This document shows, piece by piece, positions 10,586 through 19,810 of a DNA stretch of 60,694 bases. The position numbers and the translations under genes are program-made. The notes beneath the pieces were generated by a model. The model did not search any database, was not told where the DNA came from, and saw only the letters and a program-made list of their open reading frames with translations. The stretch is from an uncultured Thermoproteaceae archaeon. GTDB lineage: Archaea > Thermoproteota > Thermoprotei > Thermoproteales > Thermocladiaceae. Within the stretch, counting starts at the first letter, position 1; every line of letters begins with the position of its first letter. The stretch covers positions 1-60,694 of the forward strand of contig CAZNTG010000002.1 of assembly GCA_964575955.1 (NCBI GenBank), given 5' to 3'.

Positions 10586-11266
10586 CTATATGATGATTTC
10601 AATACCCTTCCTATAGAATATATCTGAGAGAAATTGTAGATATCTTCTTCTAAGATCATTTATTAAATTAATATCAACATCACATAAGACTTCAACAAGG
10701 GAATATACATCATATGGATTTTTAATATCGTAAATATCTCTCACAGGTATTGATAGGAAAAAAGTTACATTATGTCTAATACAGTCTTTAAGAAAAATCT
10801 CTAATCTTCTAAGATATTTAATATTTTTCAACTCATCTAAATTCAACATTATTTCAATAGATTTGCCTTCCTGTTTTATAATCTTTAACTGACTTGAGGT
10901 TGGTATTGTCTCATTTCTAGATATATCTACACATATGATATCTACATCAAACATTCTCATGACTTTATTAAGGTAAAATCTGTTATCAGGAATTATAGAG
11001 ACTACATCATAGGTATGTATATCAATATGTCTACAATATTTACTAGTTAAAAACTGTTTAGTTAATATCAATATATCTGTATTTTCCTGAATTTTTAAGA
11101 TATTTCTAATATCTCTCCTTGAGTGAGGTACAATAAATACAACATCATATTCTAAACGTTCAGCTATACTCAATATACTTCTAATCTTAGAATTATTATG
11201 ATATTCAACATGTGTTAATATGTTAACTTTATCTTCAATAACTCTTAAATTATCTATCTTTGACAT
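10586..11266 (-). CDS. rnp3: RNase P protein Rpp30-like
   Basis: AERLEYD, IEIML, DIKNPYDV PHP-barrel-like motifs; context with Pop5 and COG1325-like genes. Confidence 0.6.
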   Translation of the reverse strand: MSKIDNLRVIEDKVNILTHVEYHNNSKIRSILSIAERLEYDVVFIVPHSRRDIRNILKIQENTDILILTKQFLTSKYCRHIDIHTYDVVSIIPDNRFYLNKVMRMFDVDIICVDISRNETIPTSSQLKIIKQEGKSIEIMLNLDELKNIKYLRRLEIFLKDCIRHNVTFFLSIPVRDIYDIKNPYDVYSLVEVLCDVDINLINDLRRRYLQFLSDIFYRKGIEIII

Positions 11267-11697
11267 ATATCTCTAATTTTATTCTCAATACCTTCCTTTA
11301 TAGCTCTTCTAATAACTCTAAATTTAACTCTAATAACATCGTCTGATACGTCATCTATAACTATCTTATTCAATATTAATTTTTGTTTATTCAATCTAAC
11401 ATATAGATTTCCAGCTTTATCAATTCTTAAATCTAGTGTCTTATATAGATTTTCAATATTTTCAGCTTTACATATCGTGTTTTTGAATATTAAGTTTGAA
11501 ATATTTTCATCTTCTGAAAATATTTTAAGTCTAATTATTCTATTTCCAAAAGTTCCCCATAATATCTCAATTATTATAGGTATTTTTATATTGTCTAGTA
11601 TGTTCTTTTTTATTGACTCAACTATCTTATCTATTGATTCTGTATTATGTATATATGTTTCTAATTCTACAAATTTAATTAAGTTTTCATCTTTCAT
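11254..11697 (-). CDS. Predicted exosome-associated RNA-binding protein (COG1325-like)
   Basis: YIHNTESIDKI, GTFGNRI, LYVRLNKQ, DDVIRV motifs. Confidence 0.75.
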   Translation of the reverse strand: MKDENLIKFVELETYIHNTESIDKIVESIKKNILDNIKIPIIIEILWGTFGNRIIRLKIFSEDENISNLIFKNTICKAENIENLYKTLDLRIDKAGNLYVRLNKQKLILNKIVIDDVSDDVIRVKFRVIRRAIKEGIENKIRDICQR

Positions 11698-12449
11698 ACT
11701 TTTGACATTAATGTCATGATGAGCTTATTAAATATATCTCTATCAGGTCTCTTCTTATATTCTCTCAATATTTCTAGAATAGTTTTAAGTTTATGATCAT
11801 CTATATTGAGTAGTCTTCTTATAATTTTACATGTTTCTGTATTTCTAAATATTAATGCATTAATTATCTGTGTCGTATTCTTACTAATTTTCTTACTTCT
11901 ATCTTTCGCACTTTCAAAATCTATTATACATACATCTCCATCTTTCTTTACTAATACATGCTCTTCTACTCTAGATAGTTCAGAATGCTCTATACCTACA
12001 TTATCAAGTCTATATGTTTGTTCTAGTATTTTCAGGATTGTCTCTATTATAGAATCTTTGTCTACATTCTTCACATATTCTTCAAGTGGTATTCCATCCA
12101 CATATTCCATAATTATTATCTTATCACCATACTTAACTACTTTAGGACCAACATTAACCTCATTTGCCTTTTTTAATATTTCTGCCTCATGTTTAAGACT
12201 TGTTCTTGATGCATCAGGTCTCAATATTTTACATGCATATTCTCTACCATCTACTCTACATATCATAACTATACTATTCTGACCTTTACCAACTACATGT
12301 ACTCCTGTGTGTAGTAGTATCTCTCCATAATCTTCAAATGTCTCTATTCCTAAATGTTCAACTTCTCTCAATACAGAATCTACATATTCTTTCGAAGGGT
12401 TGAATGCTAGGAGAGCTTTAATAAGATTTTCAAATCTATACATTTCCAA
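11694..12449 (-). CDS. RIO/Bud32-like Ser/Thr protein kinase
   Basis: VGKGQNSIV, ACKI, IMEYVDG, HSELSR, IIDFESA kinase motifs. Confidence 0.85.
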   Translation of the reverse strand: MEMYRFENLIKALLAFNPSKEYVDSVLREVEHLGIETFEDYGEILLHTGVHVVGKGQNSIVMICRVDGREYACKILRPDASRTSLKHEAEILKKANEVNVGPKVVKYGDKIIIMEYVDGIPLEEYVKNVDKDSIIETILKILEQTYRLDNVGIEHSELSRVEEHVLVKKDGDVCIIDFESAKDRSKKISKNTTQIINALIFRNTETCKIIRRLLNIDDHKLKTILEILREYKKRPDRDIFNKLIMTLMSKV

Positions 12450-12494
12450 TAGAGTGAATGGCGATATATGATATAAATAGTTTAGAATATGTCG

Positions 12495-12545
12495 ATGATG
12501 TATGTGCAGGCCTCTGAAGAAACGTGATGAGAGCCTGGGCTCTGA
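12495..12545 (+). ncRNA. C/D-box methylation guide sRNA
   Basis: ATGATGT (C, one mismatch), guide, CTGA (D'), GTGATGA (C'), GAGCCTGGGCT, CTGA (D); TATAAAT upstream. Confidence 0.7.
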
Positions 12546-12552
12546 TGTAGAT

Positions 12553-12900
12553 TTGAAATATTTAAACTACCTACTAACACTATTAGAAGATCCATACTCT
12601 CAATACTACTCTAGAGGTTATCTAAATAGTGAAGGTTTAACAATTCTATATAAAGTACTTAGAATACTATCTAGAGTTGATAAATCTCTACTAAACATGT
12701 TAAAAACATGTTTTAAAAATAGAGATTATGAACATATAGTAAATAAGATACGTATTGTAAGAGAGAGATTAGGACTTGAGTATGGAAGAGAAAGTTTTGA
12801 AGAGTATATCGCTAGCGGAGAGATGTTCAAAATATATAGACCTACTCTCAGGTACAGAGAAGGAGAGAGATTTTATAATAAAGATATTACAGGAGATTGA
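12553..12900 (+). CDS. Hypothetical protein; start probably TTG at 12553, after the sRNA
   Basis: ORF 12502-12900 begins inside a C/D sRNA and its 3' end overlaps the next gene by about 125 nt, so both ends are uncertain. Confidence 0.45.
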   Translation: MKYLNYLLTLLEDPYSQYYSRGYLNSEGLTILYKVLRILSRVDKSLLNMLKTCFKNRDYEHIVNKIRIVRERLGLEYGRESFEEYIASGEMFKIYRPTLRYREGERFYNKDITGD

Positions 12901-14254
12901 TAATCCACTTCTAACTTATCATCTACATCCTGTATCTGTAATATATTTTGAAGAGAAGTATACATATATTGAGGTAGATGGAAGAGAATATACAGCATTT
13001 GCAATGCCTTACACATATAGATCAAGTGTTGAAGGTAGACTAGTAGACAATTTAGATGAGTTGAATGAGGGAGATATATTGATTCACAAGATACCTGAAG
13101 ATGTTGATGATGCAAAATTCATACTTCTAAAAGCATACGAGAGAGGTTGTCTAGGAGTAATATTTTACGATCGAGTCAATTCTCCTAGGAGAATTGTTGT
13201 AAGTTTAGAAGAGAAATATACCTACAATACTGGTAAGTTTATAGAGATCCCAGTAGTATCAATACCCTACAGGTCTGGTATAGAACTTCTTAAGAAGGTT
13301 GGTAAGAGAGTTAGAATTGAGTGTGATGTTGATTATAGAGACTCTATCGGTTATAATTTGGAGATAATACTTTCAGAAGATGATAGAAATATTCTAGTAT
13401 CTGCACATTTTGATCATTGGTTTACAGGTTTTCTAGATAATTGTCTTGGTGTTGGTGTAGCTCTTTCAATTTTAGATGATCTATTTAAAGTTTGTGAAAA
13501 ATTTGGTGTAAGAGTAGTGCTATTTACAGCTGAGGAATTTGGAATTCCAAATATTGCTAGCCTGTACTGGGCTTGGGGTTCTAGATCATTTTTACAATAT
13601 TTAACTAGTTCAAAGTTGTTAGAAACTTTAAGATTTATATTAAATATTGATGTTGTTGGTAGGAGACCATGTGTATATACTACACGAGATATATATGAGA
13701 GTCTTAATCTTAATGTAGAATTTGTACAATCTGCACCATATTTTGATACTCTAAACTTCGAACCTGTAGGTATTCCATGTATAACTATATCGTGTTTAAA
13801 AGATTGTTGGGATATCTACCATACTCCACTTGAAGACTTCAATAATATATCTATAAGATATTTGAAGAATACTATAGAGATAGTTGAGAGTATATTAAGG
13901 AAGTTGTATGAGAATAATCTAGAGATTGATTATAGTATATACATATCTAGATGTAGAAGATATCTCGAGGAGATTGGTATACATATTCAATCACAGTATA
14001 GAGATTTTGAAGTTTATAGGAATGTTAGATCTGTATTATCTAGAAATATGTTGATTAAGAGTGTGAGAGAGTATGAGATAACATTTTCTGAAAATATATT
14101 AGAAACTCTCAAAAAGTTATCTGAAGATGGTAGTATTATTGAAGTTTCTGAGCTAGGTACTGGTCTTACTCTACTACGTAGACCTTGTAAGACTTCGTAT
14201 ATGAGATTTCTAAACTATTTTAAGGATGTTGTTAGGTATAGTATTCGTCGATGA
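12776..14254 (+). CDS. M28 family peptidase with PA domain
   Basis: SAHFDHW, DNCLG, FTAEEFG, NIDVVG, YHTPLED zinc-ligand motifs. Confidence 0.85.
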   Translation: MSMEEKVLKSISLAERCSKYIDLLSGTEKERDFIIKILQEIDNPLLTYHLHPVSVIYFEEKYTYIEVDGREYTAFAMPYTYRSSVEGRLVDNLDELNEGDILIHKIPEDVDDAKFILLKAYERGCLGVIFYDRVNSPRRIVVSLEEKYTYNTGKFIEIPVVSIPYRSGIELLKKVGKRVRIECDVDYRDSIGYNLEIILSEDDRNILVSAHFDHWFTGFLDNCLGVGVALSILDDLFKVCEKFGVRVVLFTAEEFGIPNIASLYWAWGSRSFLQYLTSSKLLETLRFILNIDVVGRRPCVYTTRDIYESLNLNVEFVQSAPYFDTLNFEPVGIPCITISCLKDCWDIYHTPLEDFNNISIRYLKNTIEIVESILRKLYENNLEIDYSIYISRCRRYLEEIGIHIQSQYRDFEVYRNVRSVLSRNMLIKSVREYEITFSENILETLKKLSEDGSIIEVSELGTGLTLLRRPCKTSYMRFLNYFKDVVRYSIRR

Positions 14255-14693
14255 GATTTCTCAAATATCTAGATGAGAATTTCTCTCCATATCCGTCTCT
14301 GATTATTGGTATTACAATTATGTGGAGAGGATTTAATCCTCTTTTCAATCTTTCAATATTTATATCAAATGCTGTTTTTAGAGTTTCAACACTTACAACT
14401 ATTAGATCCATCTCAGGATCTGATATAGCTGATCCATACTTATCTTCTAACTTTTCAAATTTTACTATCTCTCCTCTAGATAGTTGTGATACTAATATTT
14501 TTAATCTCGTTAATCTTTCAATAAATGATCTTGGAGTATATGGTTTTAATTTTCTAGCAAATTCATCACTAGTTACAGCTATTACTATAGTATTTGCTCT
14601 TCTAAGAGCTTCAGAGATTAATCTAACGTGACCTGTGTGTATTGTATCAAACGTGCCTCCAACACCTGCCTTAGTAAACAATTTACGTCTCAC
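14232..14693 (-). CDS. coaD: Phosphopantetheine adenylyltransferase (archaeal type)
   Basis: GGTFDTIHTGH, VTSDEF, IVVSVET, KFSSR. Confidence 0.9.
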   Translation of the reverse strand: MRRKLFTKAGVGGTFDTIHTGHVRLISEALRRANTIVIAVTSDEFARKLKPYTPRSFIERLTRLKILVSQLSRGEIVKFEKLEDKYGSAISDPEMDLIVVSVETLKTAFDINIERLKRGLNPLHIIVIPIIRDGYGEKFSSRYLRNLIDEYYT

Positions 14694-14751
14694 TACTACA
14701 GTATAGCTAGATTGAACAAGATTTAAAATATCTAACTAGAATTCAAACCGT

Positions 14752-14801
14752 GTGATGAAGGGTCAATGAGATGATAGATGATTAAGGAAGAGACGAGCTG
14801 A
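14752..14801 (+). ncRNA. C/D-box guide sRNA, first of a tandem pair
   Basis: GTGATGA, AGGGTCAATGAG, ATGA, ATGATTA, AGGAAGAGACGAG, CTGA; TTTAAAA about 30 nt upstream. Confidence 0.75.
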
Positions 14802-14823
14802 GACTACGATAAATCTTCTAAAG

Positions 14824-14873
14824 ATGATGAAGGGTCTATGAATGATTGATGAAGCTATCGTGGCCGCTGCTGA
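14824..14873 (+). ncRNA. C/D-box guide sRNA, second of a tandem pair
   Basis: ATGATGA, AGGGTCTATGA, ATGA, ATGAAGC, TATCGTGGCCGCTG, CTGA. Confidence 0.75.
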
Positions 14874-14874
14874 T

Positions 14875-14891
14875 AGAGAAACCTTTATAAA
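14875..14891 (+). promoter_or_regulatory. BRE/TATA promoter of the tRNA-Gln fragment
   Basis: AGAGAAACC followed by TTTATAAA, ending 31 nt before tRNA position 1. Confidence 0.7.
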
Positions 14892-14921
14892 TACATCAGA
14901 AATCTCAAAATAACAAATACA

Positions 14922-14990
14922 AGCCGGGTGGTGTAGCGGCCAAGCATGGCGGGCTCTGGACCGGTTGGGGGAGAGTCGGGCGGTCCGCGG
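14922..14990 (+). tRNA. tRNA-Gln(CUG) 5' half (positions 1-37) with GC-rich trailer; candidate split tRNA
   Basis: AGCCGGG TG GTGT AGCGGCCAA GCAT G GCGGG CT CTG G gives acceptor 5' strand, D arm, anticodon 5' strand and loop; no TTCRA T-loop or CCCGGCT follows. Confidence 0.75.
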
Positions 14991-15914
14991 CTAACACTTA
15001 CAAATTGAATTTTCAAGATTGTACAAGCTTAACATAACTGCGATATAGTCTGCTGTTGATCCTGGATTTAATCTTCTCTCTTTAAGATATTCGTGAAATT
15101 TCAATATATCGGTGTAACATTTATCAAGTCCTTCATTTTCAATTTTGTAGTATAGTCTCATAGCTATCTTTCTAATTTCTCTATACTTCTCATATCCATC
15201 TTTACGTAGTATTAATGTGTCTCCAAATCTTGCTAGTGAGTATATGTATGTTATCAATATTGCATTATCAATATTTTCATATCTTCTTAATATATTTTTG
15301 AAGAATTTTAATAATTCTAGAATATCTTCATAACATGTAACTGTCTGTCTTACACAGTTGTCAATATGTGAACAGTATTTAAATAATTTCCATAGTGTTA
15401 TATCTTCTCTAACTATCTTCTCGATATAGTATCTATCGTGTATGTCTGGTAGTGATGGTATTGGATTTATCTTCTCTACATAGCTTAATTTAATTTTTCT
15501 TAGAGCTTCATATAGTATTATTGTATCTTGACATGTTGAATATCTTTTTAATAACTCTGTAGCTTTTTGTAATATTTTCTCTAGAGTTATTTCATCTTCT
15601 ATAGATTTTAAATATCCTATTGAGACTGCTATAGGTATTAACATTATGCATGTTCCTAGACAGGTATTTTCACCTGATATTTTGTAACTTTCTTTTAAAC
15701 ATTTAGATATGTAGTATCCATACTTTATATATCCTCTATATGAATCGTATATACATTCTTCAACTATAGTACATGTTGGTATACATCCTCTTATGAATGT
15801 TCTTAATGTTATATGTGTATCAGATATTCTACATACATTTCCAGGTTTTAGATATGTTATAGGTTCTTCAAATATTCCTGAGACTAGTATATTACATATT
15901 TCTCTCAGTAGCAT
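14991..15914 (-). CDS. CitG/MdcB family triphosphoribosyl-dephospho-CoA synthase-like protein
   Basis: KPGNV, NTCLG, DTLILRK, LNPGSTAD motifs. Confidence 0.85.
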   Translation of the reverse strand: MLLREICNILVSGIFEEPITYLKPGNVCRISDTHITLRTFIRGCIPTCTIVEECIYDSYRGYIKYGYYISKCLKESYKISGENTCLGTCIMLIPIAVSIGYLKSIEDEITLEKILQKATELLKRYSTCQDTIILYEALRKIKLSYVEKINPIPSLPDIHDRYYIEKIVREDITLWKLFKYCSHIDNCVRQTVTCYEDILELLKFFKNILRRYENIDNAILITYIYSLARFGDTLILRKDGYEKYREIRKIAMRLYYKIENEGLDKCYTDILKFHEYLKERRLNPGSTADYIAVMLSLYNLENSICKC

Positions 15915-15946
15915 ATCTTATTAATCAGTCTAGTACTATATTACTA

Positions 15947-16516
15947 ATGGGTGTTTACGATATTGTTAATATGTTTAATGAGCTTGTTGATGAAGATCCG
16001 TATAAGGCTGATGCACTATACTACATATCCCTGTGTTGGGGTTGTGAAGGTGCTAGATTAAGCTATGTTATTAAGTATGGTGATGATGTTAAGTATAGTC
16101 AAGTTGTTAGAGAGTTAAATCGTAGAAAGATTATGAATATTATTAGTGATGTTTGTAGTATCATTAACAGGATTGTTAGGAATAATTCTAAATTCTTAGA
16201 GTTCTTCGAGAGAGATACTATCGAAAGATTTAAAAGATTATCTAAGAAAGCTTTAAAATTATTTAAAGTACTTTCAAAACTTGGTATTTACGAATCTCTA
16301 ATTGAGAGCGATATTGGATCTATACTATATACATCGATGATAGTTAACTCAGTATTGAGATCTATGTTTAAAGTATTTTATGAACTTAAGTGTTGTATCA
16401 TAGAGCTTGTACGTGCAGGTTTGTTAGTATTATGCTGTATTGCACCATATGAAGGATTGCCACATATGTATAGAGTACCAATATACTCACTCAAGATATG
16501 GAAAATGTTTAGTTAA
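15947..16516 (+). CDS. Hypothetical protein
   Basis: 189 aa ORF with genome-typical codon usage; no recognisable motif. Confidence 0.6.
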   Translation: MGVYDIVNMFNELVDEDPYKADALYYISLCWGCEGARLSYVIKYGDDVKYSQVVRELNRRKIMNIISDVCSIINRIVRNNSKFLEFFERDTIERFKRLSKKALKLFKVLSKLGIYESLIESDIGSILYTSMIVNSVLRSMFKVFYELKCCIIELVRAGLLVLCCIAPYEGLPHMYRVPIYSLKIWKMFS

Positions 16517-16517
16517 C

Positions 16518-16931
16518 ATGACAGGACCTGCACCGGGAAAAATACCTGTAAAATATAGTGAGGTAGTTCTAATTTGTAGAGGTAGGAGAGTAGCAATTAA
16601 TCCTGAAATTTACATACATGTTAAGGGTTGGTCTCTTGCAAGAGTAACACATATAGACATTGAGTATGAAAATCTTAATAACATTCTAAATTTAAGAATT
16701 AGAGAAATTGTTGGAGGATTATTCAGAAGGTATTATGATAAGGTTCAGATAATATCTAGAAAATTTATAATTGAGATAAAGTCGGAATTATTAAACAGTT
16801 TAATACCTAGAGGATATGAAGATAAATGTGTTATTGGTGGTAAAATTGATGGAGTGTTTATAGGTGTCAAGAAGGATATCATCAAAATATTAGAAAACTA
16901 TGCTTCAAGTCTCGGATACTTCCCAAGATAG
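16518..16931 (+). CDS. Hypothetical protein; start probably ATG 16518
   Basis: In-frame ATG immediately after the previous stop; MTGPAPGKIPVK...GGKIDGVFIG. Confidence 0.65.
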   Translation: MTGPAPGKIPVKYSEVVLICRGRRVAINPEIYIHVKGWSLARVTHIDIEYENLNNILNLRIREIVGGLFRRYYDKVQIISRKFIIEIKSELLNSLIPRGYEDKCVIGGKIDGVFIGVKKDIIKILENYASSLGYFPR

Positions 16932-17171
16932 TGAATTTCTCCATGCATACTCGTATGTTTATGTACATACACGCTTTTAAATAATCCCTCTCCCTTAACT
17001 CTATCGTGAGAGAGGTTCATAGAGTTTGTGCTCGATTAGAATTATTTGGAGAATTCTAAAGATTCATGTATAGGTATGTCTAAGAGAGGAAAATCTGCAT
17101 ATACGTTTCTACTAAACTTCCAGAGACAGAGCAGGAATATGCAAACATATTCAGGTATGTAGAGTCGGATT

Positions 17172-17261
17172 TGGCGCCGGGGGTGGGATTTGAACCCACG
17201 CCCCCTGTACGGGGACGGGCTTAGCAGGCCCGCGCCTTGGGCCTGGCTCGGCCACCCCGGC
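17172..17261 (-). tRNA. tRNA-Ser(GCU)
   Basis: Full cloverleaf: CGGGC CT GCT AA GCCCG, long variable arm, TTCAAAT T-loop, G discriminator, encoded CCA. Confidence 0.97.
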
Positions 17262-17438
17262 TTTCGTAGTCTGTTTCTTGTGGTATTATTTAAATCTTTC
17301 CTTATTTTTAATCTATGTTCTACTAATGGTTTCTATCTGTAACTTATTAATTATAGATTAGTTAGAATTAGTTATAGATAGTGATAAGTGAGCGGAAACT
17401 TCTATTAACAATAATCATCTCATCTCGGTAGGTAGCTT

Positions 17439-19802
17439 ATGAAGAGGAACTTGAGGTTTAGAATCGATGAATCTAGTATTGGTATGTTATCTTTGAAAGA
17501 TCTTGAAGTTACTATTGAGGAAGTTGTTAGAGAAGTTCAAGGTCCAACTCCAATGCCAACTCTTGGAACATTGCGAAGATGGGATATGATATTGTTGAAT
17601 AGGTATAGACCATTCTACATGCCTGCATGTGACTACTGTTGTCTATGTACTTATGGTAAGTGTGATCTTAGTGAAGGTAAGCGTGGTGCATGTGGTATAG
17701 ATATTAGAACTCAACAAGCTAGAATTGTAGCACTTGCATGTGCTATTGGTGCAGCTACACATTGTGCACATGCTAGACATCTAGTAGAGTTTCTAATACA
17801 TAAATATGGTAGAGATCACAAGCTTGATCTAGGTCCTGAAATAAATATAGTTGCTCCAAACACAATGCTGGTCACAGGTATAGTACCTAAAACACTTGGA
17901 GATTTAGAGAAAGCTCTTGAATATGTTGAACGTGAAATAACTAAAGCACTATGTTCAATACATACAGGACAGGAAGGGTACTATCTAGATTATGAAAGTA
18001 AGGCTCTACATATAGGAATGCTTGATCATGTTGCTATGGAAGTTGCAGATATTGCACAGATAGCTGCACTAAACTTTCCAAAAGGTGAAGAAGAACAACC
18101 GTTTGTCGAGCTTGGTCTAGGACTCATAGATTATACTAAAGCAACAATACTATGCATAGGTCATAATGTGTCTGATGGTGCTGAGATTGTTGAATACTTA
18201 GACAAGTCTGGTTTAAAGAAGATTGATCTAGTAGAAATTGCTGGACTATGCTGTACAGCACATGACATTAGTAGACATACACATGGAGAATCTAAGATTA
18301 TTGGACCAATATCTCACCAATTGAAGTATATTAGAATGGGATTTGCAGACACGATAGTAATAGATGAACAATGTATAAATATTAAGGTTGTTGAAGAAGC
18401 TAGAAAAGTTATGTCTCCAGTCATCGCATGTACTGACAAGGTTATGCATGGATTACCAGATTTGACGGATCTGCCGGCTGATGAAATTGTGAAACTTCTA
18501 GCATCTGGTAAATATCCTGGAGCTGCAATACTTGATGAAGAGAAGGTTGGTGAAGTTGCTGTAAAACTTGCACTTAGAATGGCAGTTATAAGAGGTAAGT
18601 ATAAGAAGATACCAACGTTAGAGGAGTTGAAGAAGGAGGTTGAAAGATGTGTACGTTGTCATAGTTGTAGAAGAAATTGTCCACAAGACTTACCTATTAG
18701 TGATGCTATATACGAATTGAAGAAGGGTAACCCTGATCTACTTAGAAAAGTCGCTGAATACTGCCTAGGGTGTGGTAGATGTGAAGATGCATGTCCAAGA
18801 CAGATACCAATAATATCTCTAATGATTGCAGTACTTGAGAGAGAACTTCCAAATGAGAGATATAGAATTAGGATTGGTAGAGGACCTATAAGAGATACAG
18901 AAATTAGAGCTGTTGGTAGAGATATAGTACTTGGACAAATACCTGGAGTAATAGCACTTGTAGGATGTGCAAATTGGCCTAGAGGTGCTAGAGAGAATGC
19001 TATAATGGCTAGAGAATTTGCTAGAAGAGGATTCATAGTCGTAGCTACTGGATGTGCTGCAATGGCTATTGGAATGATGAAAGATGAAGAAGGTAGAACA
19101 CCATATGAAGAGTTTGGTGATGCATTTGATAGAGGATGTATACTTAACATAGGTTCATGTGTAGCAAATGCTCACATATCAGGAGCATTGATAAAGATTG
19201 CAAACATCTTTGCGGGTAGAAACATAATTGGTAATTATGAGGAAATTGCAGACTACATATTGAATAGAGTTGGTGCATGCGGAATAGCTTGGGGAGCTAT
19301 GAGTCAAAAAGCTGCTTCAATAGCAACAGGATTTAATAGACTTGGGGTACCTGTAATTGTAGGTCCTCACGGCGTTAAGTATAGAAGAATGCTTCTTGGA
19401 GATGAGGAGGACTACGAGAGATGGCTTGCAATAGATATGAGAACTGGAAAGAGAATATATGTTGGTCCAGCACCACAACACCTAATCTATTCAGCAGAAA
19501 CATTGGAGGAATGTATGGTTATGGCTGTTAAGCTATGTATAAGACCTAGTGACACACCACAGGGTAGAGCTATAAAGCTTGCACATTACATAGATCTTTA
19601 CAAGAAGTTTTATGGAAAACTACCACCAGACCTACACCTATTCATTAGAAGTGAAGCTGACATACCTGTAACATATAAGCAGGAAGTTCTTGAATACTTA
19701 AGAGAGGTTGGTTGGAAACCATGGGAATACATAAGCACAGATGTAACACTTGTAGATAGGATATATGAAAAGTATAGAGGTGGTAAGAAAAGTACTGAAT
19801 AG
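17439..19802 (+). CDS. cdhA: CO dehydrogenase/acetyl-CoA synthase complex alpha subunit (archaeal Ni-CODH)
   Basis: CDYCCLCTYGKC; C-cluster ligand motifs GHN, GLCCT, DEQC, GCAN, GCAA, GSCVAN; MSQKA; inserted 2x[4Fe-4S] domain. Confidence 0.97.
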   Translation: MKRNLRFRIDESSIGMLSLKDLEVTIEEVVREVQGPTPMPTLGTLRRWDMILLNRYRPFYMPACDYCCLCTYGKCDLSEGKRGACGIDIRTQQARIVALACAIGAATHCAHARHLVEFLIHKYGRDHKLDLGPEINIVAPNTMLVTGIVPKTLGDLEKALEYVEREITKALCSIHTGQEGYYLDYESKALHIGMLDHVAMEVADIAQIAALNFPKGEEEQPFVELGLGLIDYTKATILCIGHNVSDGAEIVEYLDKSGLKKIDLVEIAGLCCTAHDISRHTHGESKIIGPISHQLKYIRMGFADTIVIDEQCINIKVVEEARKVMSPVIACTDKVMHGLPDLTDLPADEIVKLLASGKYPGAAILDEEKVGEVAVKLALRMAVIRGKYKKIPTLEELKKEVERCVRCHSCRRNCPQDLPISDAIYELKKGNPDLLRKVAEYCLGCGRCEDACPRQIPIISLMIAVLERELPNERYRIRIGRGPIRDTEIRAVGRDIVLGQIPGVIALVGCANWPRGARENAIMAREFARRGFIVVATGCAAMAIGMMKDEEGRTPYEEFGDAFDRGCILNIGSCVANAHISGALIKIANIFAGRNIIGNYEEIADYILNRVGACGIAWGAMSQKAASIATGFNRLGVPVIVGPHGVKYRRMLLGDEEDYERWLAIDMRTGKRIYVGPAPQHLIYSAETLEECMVMAVKLCIRPSDTPQGRAIKLAHYIDLYKKFYGKLPPDLHLFIRSEADIPVTYKQEVLEYLREVGWKPWEYISTDVTLVDRIYEKYRGGKKSTE

Positions 19803-19810
19803 GTGAGAAT

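Noticed and set aside
14700-14921. Permuted tRNA-Gln with the 3' half upstream of the 5' half
   Set aside because: The upstream sequence holds two C/D sRNAs and a promoter, with no T arm or acceptor 3' strand
14960-14993. Cis intron or complete tRNA-Gln ending at CGCGGCTA
   Set aside because: Partial pairing to the acceptor and anticodon stems exists, but there is no T-loop, no clean bulge-helix-bulge and too little length for a 3' exon
16932-17171. Possible small ORF or RNA between the hypothetical gene and tRNA-Ser
   Set aside because: Only a 28-codon ORF without supporting features; no box motifs or stable structure seen
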